Part shown: one piece after another, positions 25,590-32,000 of the stretch
Layout: every line of letters begins with the position of its first letter
Position numbering within the stretch: the stretch's first letter is position 1
Assembly: GCA_963663995.1 (NCBI GenBank)
Contig: OY760660.1
Coordinates: 480,001 to 512,000, forward strand
From: Erysipelotrichaceae bacterium
GTDB lineage: Bacteria > Bacillota_I > Bacilli_A > Erysipelotrichales > Erysipelotrichaceae
Length of the DNA stretch: 32,000 nt
Reading direction: 5' to 3'
Made by a program: the position numbers and the translations under genes
The notes under the pieces: generated by a model
Told to the model about the DNA's origin: nothing
Seen by the model: the letters and a program-made list of their open reading frames with translations, nothing else
The model's database searches: none

Positions 25590-27425
25590 TTATTCGACCT
25601 CGACTTCTTGATCCATAAAGGCTTCAAATACATCGCCTTCTTTTATATCATTAAAGTTTTCAATCGTAATACCACAATCATACCCTGCAGCCACTTCTTT
25701 AGCATCGTTTTTAAAACGTTTTAAGCTAGAAATTTCGCTGGTATAAATAACCGTACCATCACGTAAAATACGAACTTTAGCATCTCGTGTAATCTTACCA
25801 TCAGTAACCATACATCCAGCAATTGTACCAATTTTTGAAACTTTGAAAGTTTGACGAACTTCTGCTTGTCCAAGAATAACTTCTTCATAAACAGGCGCTA
25901 ATAGACCTTTCATCGCTTTTTCAATTTGATCGATGACGTTATAGATAATGGAGTGTAAACGAATTTCAATGCCTTCTTCTTCAGCTTTCTTACGAACAGC
26001 TGCAGTTGGACGAACATTAAAACCGATAATGATAGCTCCAGAAGCTGCTGCTAACATAACATCAGATTCAGTGATACCACCTACTGTTGAACGAATAACA
26101 TTAACACGAATCGTTTCGACATCGATTTTTTCTAAGGATTGTCTTAATGCTTCGGCAGAACCTTGTACGTCTGCTTTAACAATAACTTTAACTTCTTGAA
26201 GGTTACCTTCAGCAATAGCTGATGACAATTCATCCAAGCTTACATTTGTGTTTGAACGACGATCCGCTTCAGTTTTATCTTGTAAACGAGATTCAGCAAT
26301 ACTACGTGCTTTCTTTTCGTTCTTAAAGGATCTAAATGGATCTCCGGCAATAGGCACATCATTTAAGCCAGTGATTTCAACAGGTGTAGATGGTTTCGCT
26401 TCATTAATTTCACGACCCTTATCATCTAACATCTGACGAACTCGACCAAAACATGCTCCAACAACTACAGGATCACCCTTTTTAAGGGTTCCGTTTTGAA
26501 CAAGTAAAGTTGTAACTGGTCCACGACCTTTATCTAATTTAGCCTCAATAACAGTTCCTGTTGATTGACGATTTGGATTAGCTTTAAATTCTTCAACTTC
26601 AGCAATAACTAAAATTGATTCTAATAGTTCATCTAAACCTGTGCCTTTGAGAGCTGAGATTTTGACAAACATGGTCTTACCACCCCATTCTTCAGGTGTA
26701 AGATCTAAATCTGCCATTTCATTCATAACGCGATCTGGATTTGCATTTGGTTTATCCATTTTATTAACAGCAACAATAATAGGTACACCTGATGCTTTCG
26801 CATGGTCAATTGCCTCTTTTGTTTGAGGCATTACACCATCATCAGCCGCAACCACAATAATAACGATATCCGTTACTTGTGCACCACGTGCGCGCATTGA
26901 AGTAAAAGCTTCATGTCCTGGTGTATCTAAGAAAGTTAATTTCTTATCTTTAACTTTAACTTGGTATGCTCCAATATGTTGAGTAATACCTCCGGCTTCA
27001 CCTTCAGCTACATTTGCTTTACGTAAAGTATCTAAAAGTGTGGTTTTACCATGGTCAACGTGACCCATGATAGTAACAATCGCTGGTCTTTCAACTAAAT
27101 CTTTTGGATCATCTGCTACTTCATCTTCTAAACTATTCTCATCTTCAATTTCTTCTAAAGTGGCTTCAACATCATATTCCATACATATGAGTTGAACTGT
27201 TTCATCATCTAAGTTGGTATTAATGGTAACCATTTTACCTAACATAAATAGAATTTTAATAATATCACTCGAGTTTCGATTGAGTTTATCGGCTAATTCA
27301 TTAACAGTAATCCCATCTGTATACGTGATCGCTTTAACGACCTCCGCACGCGGTTTAAATCCATTATGATTGTTGTTATTAGACTGCTTTTTACGATGAT
27401 TACGTTTTACTTTTGATCTTGCCAT
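25590..27425 (-). CDS. infB: Translation initiation factor IF-2 (compact form, 611 aa)
   Basis: G domain [14 protein letters not shown]...DTPGHEAF...NKMD, followed by the conserved domains II to IV. The N-terminal region is very short. The start overlaps ylxQ by 26 nt. Confidence 0.95.
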   Translation of the reverse strand: MARSKVKRNHRKKQSNNNNHNGFKPRAEVVKAITYTDGITVNELADKLNRNSSDIIKILFMLGKMVTINTNLDDETVQLICMEYDVEATLEEIEDENSLEDEVADDPKDLVERPAIVTIMGHVDHGKTTLLDTLRKANVAEGEAGGITQHIGAYQVKVKDKKLTFLDTPGHEAFTSMRARGAQVTDIVIIVVAADDGVMPQTKEAIDHAKASGVPIIVAVNKMDKPNANPDRVMNEMADLDLTPEEWGGKTMFVKISALKGTGLDELLESILVIAEVEEFKANPNRQSTGTVIEAKLDKGRGPVTTLLVQNGTLKKGDPVVVGACFGRVRQMLDDKGREINEAKPSTPVEITGLNDVPIAGDPFRSFKNEKKARSIAESRLQDKTEADRRSNTNVSLDELSSAIAEGNLQEVKVIVKADVQGSAEALRQSLEKIDVETIRVNVIRSTVGGITESDVMLAAASGAIIIGFNVRPTAAVRKKAEEEGIEIRLHSIIYNVIDQIEKAMKGLLAPVYEEVILGQAEVRQTFKVSKIGTIAGCMVTDGKITRDAKVRILRDGTVIYTSEISSLKRFKNDAKEVAAGYDCGITIENFNDIKEGDVFEAFMDQEVEVE

Positions 27426-27720
27426 ATCCTACACCTACTTTCTCACAAAATTCTTTGGCCATCGTGATATCTAAGATACCTACTCCGGCAACGACTTGCC
27501 CCATTACATCAACAAGTTCATTGGCATCAAATGATTCAATGACTTGAATTTGATAAAAGGCACATTTATCTTTTATCTGTTTTTGGCTTCGCGCTGAAGC
27601 TTGATTATTTAAAATCACACATTTAACTTCTTGAGATCTAATCTTTTCAAACAAACGTGCACCAACAACAAGTACACCTGCTTTTCTCATTAAACCAATA
27701 AAAGCTTTACTTTGATTCAT
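27400..27720 (-). CDS. ylxQ: L7Ae-family RNA-binding protein YlxQ
   Basis: 106 aa with the pattern GLMRKAG..V.G......I......[12 protein letters not shown], in the conserved position between ylxR and infB. Confidence 0.82.
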   Translation of the reverse strand: MNQSKAFIGLMRKAGVLVVGARLFEKIRSQEVKCVILNNQASARSQKQIKDKCAFYQIQVIESFDANELVDVMGQVVAGVGILDITMAKEFCEKVGVGYGKIKSKT

Positions 27721-27970
27721 TAATCAATTCTTCTAATGCGCTATAAACAGATTCATCAATACTACATTCTAACGCTTTTGCTAAAGACCCTTTTTTACGA
27801 GCAATTTGCACTGCTTCTAAGGTTTTCAGTAAATACGCGCCCCGTCCATTGGCTTTACCACTGACATCTAAGACAACTTGTCCTTCAGGGGTACGAACGA
27901 TTCGAATCAGTTCTTTTTTGGGGGCTTGTGTATGGGTTGCAACACAACGTCGCATTGGTATTTTCTTCAT
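27707..27970 (-). CDS. ylxR: YlxR-family (DUF448) RNA-binding protein
   Basis: MKKIPMRRCV......K.ELIRIVR.P.G.V..D.SGK.NGRGAYL. Start moved to ATG 27970, which has AAGGAGGA upstream. The ORF-track start at 28048 would overlap the nusA 3' end. Confidence 0.85.
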   Translation of the reverse strand: MKKIPMRRCVATHTQAPKKELIRIVRTPEGQVVLDVSGKANGRGAYLLKTLEAVQIARKKGSLAKALECSIDESVYSALEELINESK

Positions 27971-27986
27971 CGAATCCTCCTTTATT

Positions 27987-29666
27987 TTATTCTTCGTCGT
28001 CGTAGAAATCTTCGTAATCTTCGTAGTCGATTTCTTCTTCCCACGCATCGTTATCTAACATTTGTTGACGTTCGATTTCTTCTAACTCTTCATCAGTATA
28101 TTCAATTTTAATTTCATATTCTTTATCAGTTACAAGTTCACTTGCACGTAAACGACGTTCTTCTTCTTCAGATTTCTTTTTATATGTTTTCTTAGCTTTT
28201 GATTTATCTTCAACCGGTTTAGTGTCGATAATTTCTTCAAGTTTAGAAACATACTCGTGATGCACTTCAAGCGGTTTTTTCTTAATCTTCTTAAGTGTTT
28301 CAAGTTCTTCGAGTTCCGCTGCACTTAGTTTTGCTTTTGGTTCAACGACTTCTTCAACAACTTTTTCTATACTTTCTTCTACGCTTTCTTGAACAGGTTC
28401 ACTAACGACTTCAACCACTTTTTCGTCGAAGTATTCTTCTTCCTCTTCTTCATCGTATTTATTTGTAAAGTCTTCTTCTAAATTTGCATACTTAGCTTGG
28501 TTTTCTGCGTCAATGATTGCTTGTTTTTCGCGCTCTTCTTGATCTTTCTTAGCTTTGCGTTCAATTACTTTTGCAGCTTGTTCAAGGGCGAAAGTTTCAG
28601 CTTCTTCTTTCCAATTGCGTCCTTCTTCAGTAAGATCTTGAGCTGATTTAATATCAATTTTTAGACCTGTTAATCGGACAGCTAATCGAGCATTCTTACC
28701 TTTTTTACCAATCGCTAAAGATAAATGAGATTCATCGACAACAACGAGTAGTCCTTTTCTTTCTTCAGTTGGTAATACAGCTAATACTTCAGCTGGAGAT
28801 AATGAGTTTTTAATTAAGTCGATGACATTTTCACTCCATTCGAAAATATCAATTTTCTCGCCTTTTAATTCTTCAATAACAACTTGAACACGTGAACCAC
28901 GTGGACCAATACATGCTCCAATTGGATCGACATCATCACGTTTGGAGAAAACAGCCATTTTGGTTCTTTCCCCTGCTTCACGAGCAATCGCTTTGATTTC
29001 GACAACACCTTGGAAAATTTCCGGTACTTCTTTTTCAAATAAACGTTTTACAAGTTTTGCATCTGCACGAGAAACTAATACTTGAGCCCCTTTAGTATCT
29101 TTTGTTACTTCAGTGATAACTAAACGAATTTTTTGTCCTTCGTGATACATTTCATTAGGTATTTGCGCAGCACGAGGCATCATCGCAAGAGTTTTTCCTA
29201 AATTGACAACCACAAATTTATCTTCAACTGATTCAATAATACCAATAACCATTTCATCAAGTTTATCGATATATTCATCGTAAACAGCTTGTTTTTCAGC
29301 TTCACGAATCTTTTGTTTCATAACGTTTTTCGCTAACAGTGCAGCGGCACGTCCTAAATCATCGATGTTCATTTCAACTGCGTAATGTTGACCAATTTCA
29401 AGTGGGTTCTCTTTTAGGAGTGGATCATTGAAGGCAATTTCAAGTTCATCATCTTCAACTTCTTGAACAACTTGATACTCTTGATAAAGATGAACTTCAC
29501 CATTATCTTCATTAATATCAACACGTACAAGTGCGTCTGGAATTTCAATTTGTTTACGATAAGCTTTAGTCAAAGCTTCTTTTAATGCAGCAATAACAAT
29601 TTCTTTTGTTAAGTTACGGTTGCCTTCAATGGCTTGCATTGCGGCTAAGAATTCTTTAAAGTTCAT
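27987..29666 (-). CDS. nusA: Transcription termination/antitermination factor NusA with a roughly 215-aa acidic C-terminal extension
   Basis: NTD, S1 (IGIIESVEDKFVVVNLG) and KH1/KH2 (DPIGACIGPRGSRV; LAIGKKGKNARLA) are recognisable up to about aa 345. The remainder is E/K-rich low complexity. Confidence 0.95.
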   Translation of the reverse strand: MNFKEFLAAMQAIEGNRNLTKEIVIAALKEALTKAYRKQIEIPDALVRVDINEDNGEVHLYQEYQVVQEVEDDELEIAFNDPLLKENPLEIGQHYAVEMNIDDLGRAAALLAKNVMKQKIREAEKQAVYDEYIDKLDEMVIGIIESVEDKFVVVNLGKTLAMMPRAAQIPNEMYHEGQKIRLVITEVTKDTKGAQVLVSRADAKLVKRLFEKEVPEIFQGVVEIKAIAREAGERTKMAVFSKRDDVDPIGACIGPRGSRVQVVIEELKGEKIDIFEWSENVIDLIKNSLSPAEVLAVLPTEERKGLLVVVDESHLSLAIGKKGKNARLAVRLTGLKIDIKSAQDLTEEGRNWKEEAETFALEQAAKVIERKAKKDQEEREKQAIIDAENQAKYANLEEDFTNKYDEEEEEEYFDEKVVEVVSEPVQESVEESIEKVVEEVVEPKAKLSAAELEELETLKKIKKKPLEVHHEYVSKLEEIIDTKPVEDKSKAKKTYKKKSEEEERRLRASELVTDKEYEIKIEYTDEELEEIERQQMLDNDAWEEEIDYEDYEDFYDDEE

Positions 29667-29678
29667 AGTTTTTCTTCC

Positions 29679-30140
29679 TTATAAAACGACCGCTAAGCGG
29701 ATTTTAACAATATTACTGTATTCAAAGTCTAAGATTTTAGTACGTGATTTGATACGAACTTCAATCTGTCCTTTTTGACCATCAAAGCTTAATAACTTAC
29801 CGGTCCATTCCAATGACTTATTAATAGGATGAAGAAATAAGACATAGACATTTTTATCAATGGCTGTCTTTAAATCATCTGCATCAATGAGCACTCTTTC
29901 CGCACCAGGTGAACAAACTTCTAAGGTATAGTTATCAATATCACCTAACCAATCATCCAAGTGTGGACTGATATCTTGTGAGACATTTGTACAGGTTTCT
30001 AAATCCATCGTACCACTTTGCGTCATAATTGACATTTGTAGGATACGTGACTTCCCTTCCTGTAACCATTTCAGTTCACTCAGAAGTAAAGCACGCTTTT
30101 GTAAGAAGGCTCTTACTAAATCTTCTAATTGCTTTTCCAT
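29679..30140 (-). CDS. rimP: Ribosome maturation factor RimP
   Basis: YLEV.SPGAER-like block (TLEVCSPGAERVL) and the conserved position upstream of nusA. Start moved to ATG 30140 (MEKQLEDL), which has a GAGG Shine-Dalgarno sequence. The ORF-track extension to 30230 covers the promoter and the leader hairpin. Confidence 0.85.
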   Translation of the reverse strand: MEKQLEDLVRAFLQKRALLLSELKWLQEGKSRILQMSIMTQSGTMDLETCTNVSQDISPHLDDWLGDIDNYTLEVCSPGAERVLIDADDLKTAIDKNVYVLFLHPINKSLEWTGKLLSFDGQKGQIEVRIKSRTKILDFEYSNIVKIRLAVVL

Positions 30141-30163
30141 ATAAAACCTCTTAGACAAATTAG

Positions 30164-30185
30164 AAGGAGTGGCGAACCACTCCTT
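30164..30185 (-). promoter_or_regulatory. Leader hairpin in the rimP-nusA 5' UTR (candidate attenuator or 5' stabiliser)
   Basis: On the minus strand, AAGGAGUGG-UUCG-CCACUCCUU forms a perfect 9-bp stem with a UUCG loop. It starts about 10 nt after the predicted transcription start and is followed by CUAAUUUGUCU. Confidence 0.6.
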
Positions 30186-30201
30186 GTTTACTATCATGTG
30201 T

Positions 30202-30230
30202 ATTATAGACAAATGCAATAACAATTTCAA
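30202..30230 (-). promoter_or_regulatory. rimP-nusA-infB operon promoter
   Basis: On the minus strand, TTGAAA (30225-30230), a 17-nt spacer, then TATAAT (30202-30207). It begins 2 nt after the polC stop codon. Confidence 0.75.
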
Positions 30231-30232
30231 GC

Positions 30233-32000
30233 CTAAAACAAACTCAATTGATTTTCATCATCTAAATGATCAAGAATACCAATTCTTTCAAACTGCTTCA
30301 AATGAGTATTGTTAAGTAAAGTACGTGCTTGCAAATCTTCCTTAGATAAGAACGCTTTGGTTTCACGTGCTTCAATCACTGAATTAGCTACGTTACCTCC
30401 CAATCCATCTAAGATACTAAATGGTGGAATTAAAGCTTTATCGTTTGTTGGATGCAATCGATATTCAGTGGCTAATGACAGATTAAGATCTAATTGTGCA
30501 AAATGATAACCTCTTATTAACATCTCATAAGCAACTTCTAAACTACTGATTAATTCTTCTTCTTTCTTGCTAACATTTGATTTCTGTTTTTGATCAGATA
30601 AACGATGTTGAATATCTCGTAATCTCTCAAGAACTTTCTCTTTACCAGCTACAATCGTTTCATATTCATTAACGTTTGTTCTTAAAGTAAAGAAAGTCGC
30701 GTAATAAACAAGTGGCATATGAACTTTAAACCAAGCAACACGTACAGCCATTAAAACGTAGGCTACCGCATGGGCTTTTGGGAACATATACTTAATTTTT
30801 AAACAGGAATGAATATACCACTCAGGCACATCATAATCAGCCATCAGTTTTTTCCATTCATCTTTTAAGCCTCTTCCTTTACGAACAGACTCCATAATAT
30901 CGAAAGCTGATTTTGCCGGTAATCCTTTGTGAATAAGATAAACCATGATGTCATCACGACAACCTATAACATCTCTAAATGGATAACCCTCAGAAATTAA
31001 ATCTTTTGCGTTATTTAACCAAACATCTGTCCCATGGGATAAACCAGAGATACGAACTAAATCAGAGAAGTTCTCAGGCTTTGTACTTGATAACATACCG
31101 CGCACAAAGTTTGTTCCAAACTCAGGTAAACCAGCTGCACCAGTGATTTCTGGATAAGCAGGATCATTGATATCTAAACCGTTGATACTATTAAAGACTT
31201 GTGTAGCTGATCGATCATTCATACGAATCGTTCTAACATCTTTGCCCGATAATCGTTCCAACATTTTCATAGCAGTTGGATCGACATGTCCTAAAATATC
31301 AAGCTTTAATACATTGTCATGAATGTCATGGAATTCAAAGTGTGTGGTTAACCATGAAGAACTCTTTTTATTCGCTGGAAATTGTACAGGTGTAAAATCA
31401 TAAACATCCATATCTTGAGGAATAACGATAATACCCCCTGGATGTTGACCTGTTGTTCTTTTAGTGCCTTCACAACCCTTTGATAAATAAGTCATATAGG
31501 CTTGTCGAGCTTGAGTTTCGATACCCATTTCTTCAAAATAACCACGGGCATAACCATAAGCAGTCTTCTGAGCCACGGTTGAAATCGTTCCAGCACGATA
31601 AACATGTTCTTCACCAAAGAGAACTTTTGTATATGCATGGGCTTTTTCTTGATAATCGCCCGAGAAGTTTAAATCAATATCTGGTACTTTATCGCCTTCA
31701 AACCCTAAGAATGTTTCAAATGGAATATCATGTCCATCAACATTCATTAAAGTTGAACAGTGTGGACAATTCTTATCCACTAAGTCAAAACCACTATCGA
31801 TCGATCCATCTGTAATAAATTCAGAATGTTGACATTTTGGACAAACATAATGAGGTGGTAATGGATTAACTTCTGTAATATTCGATAGCGTGGCGACAAG
31901 GGATGAGCCTACAGATCCACGTGATCCAACCATATAGCCATCTTCAAGTGATTTTTTAACCAATAAATGGGCAATATAGTAAATAACACCAAATCCATGC
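30233..32000 (-). CDS. polC: DNA polymerase III PolC-type alpha subunit, C-terminal part (gene continues beyond the window)
   Basis: Conserved PolC blocks [12 protein letters not shown], the Zn-finger CPKC...[14 protein letters not shown] and HPGGIIV. The frame stays open to the window edge, so the ORF-track M at 31963 is internal. Confidence 0.95.
   Translation of the reverse strand, partial: HGFGVIYYIAHLLVKKSLEDGYMVGSRGSVGSSLVATLSNITEVNPLPPHYVCPKCQHSEFITDGSIDSGFDLVDKNCPHCSTLMNVDGHDIPFETFLGFEGDKVPDIDLNFSGDYQEKAHAYTKVLFGEEHVYRAGTISTVAQKTAYGYARGYFEEMGIETQARQAYMTYLSKGCEGTKRTTGQHPGGIIVIPQDMDVYDFTPVQFPANKKSSSWLTTHFEFHDIHDNVLKLDILGHVDPTAMKMLERLSGKDVRTIRMNDRSATQVFNSINGLDINDPAYPEITGAAGLPEFGTNFVRGMLSSTKPENFSDLVRISGLSHGTDVWLNNAKDLISEGYPFRDVIGCRDDIMVYLIHKGLPAKSAFDIMESVRKGRGLKDEWKKLMADYDVPEWYIHSCLKIKYMFPKAHAVAYVLMAVRVAWFKVHMPLVYYATFFTLRTNVNEYETIVAGKEKVLERLRDIQHRLSDQKQKSNVSKKEEELISSLEVAYEMLIRGYHFAQLDLNLSLATEYRLHPTNDKALIPPFSILDGLGGNVANSVIEARETKAFLSKEDLQARTLLNNTHLKQFERIGILDHLDDENQLSLF

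Noticed and set aside
25948-26826. Three plus-strand ORFs (83, 62 and 61 aa) antisense to infB
   Set aside because: They are shadows of the IF-2 coding frame.
27849-28324. Plus-strand ORFs 27849-28058 and 27878-28111, and minus-strand ORF 28130-28324 (alternative frame) over the ylxR and nusA-tail region
   Set aside because: The repetitive GAA/AAG-rich DNA encoding the charged NusA tail is open in several frames. The products are low-complexity R/K/L strings.
30309-31815. Plus-strand ORFs 30309-30506 and 31480-31815 inside polC
   Set aside because: They are antisense to a strongly conserved PolC frame.
1-32000. Alternative genetic code (TGA = Trp, as in Mycoplasma or Spiroplasma), suggested by the low GC and Mollicute-like features
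   Set aside because: Many conserved genes end at TGA at the expected length (cmk, both genes at the 25.24-kb terminator). Trp positions are encoded by TGG. Reading TGA as Trp does not repair the methyltransferase frameshift either.
1-32000. CRISPR arrays, tRNA/rRNA genes, IS elements and long tandem or dispersed repeats
   Set aside because: Reading the intergenic regions revealed no regularly spaced direct repeats, cloverleaf-capable segments or transposase-like ORFs. The only repeats are short codon-level repeats in the NusA tail and the two protein-level Ig-like modules.

Overview
This is a low-GC bacterial chromosomal segment that uses the standard genetic code. TGA acts as a stop, for example in the cmk/der ATGA overlap and in both convergent stops at 25242-25257. 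Gene content and order are Bacillota-like. The short IF-2, long-tailed NusA and lipoprotein solute-binding proteins suggest an Erysipelotrichia- or Acholeplasma-like lineage, but that is only an inference. Almost the whole window is core housekeeping. On the plus strand it carries efp (3' end), FMN riboswitch-ribU, cmk-der-gpsA, hup and a YugP-type Zn peptidase. A tightly packed minus-strand array carries asp23-nusB-xseA-xseB-ispA-dxs-recN-xerD-deoB. An Arg-type T-box controls one polar-amino-acid ABC importer, followed by truB-ribF. A plus-strand insert holds a TtcA-like PP-loop ATPase and a second ABC importer behind a lysine riboswitch. The window ends with polC (3' part)-rimP-nusA-ylxR-ylxQ-infB-rbfA. 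I found no rRNA, tRNA, CRISPR array, transposase or phage genes. The only accessory-looking stretch is an AT-richer islet at about 5.7-8.8 kb. It holds a small tail-anchored protein overlapping a secreted Cys-rich protein with two Ig-like repeats, a frameshifted SAM methyltransferase and an orphan Zn-ribbon protein. I cannot demonstrate a novel multi-gene system here. The most checkable observations are regulatory: three riboswitch classes each gating a transporter, a consensus promoter buried in a coding 3' end, a candidate nusA-operon leader attenuator and a candidate leaderless asp23 mRNA. The uncharacterised islet proteins are the other lead.
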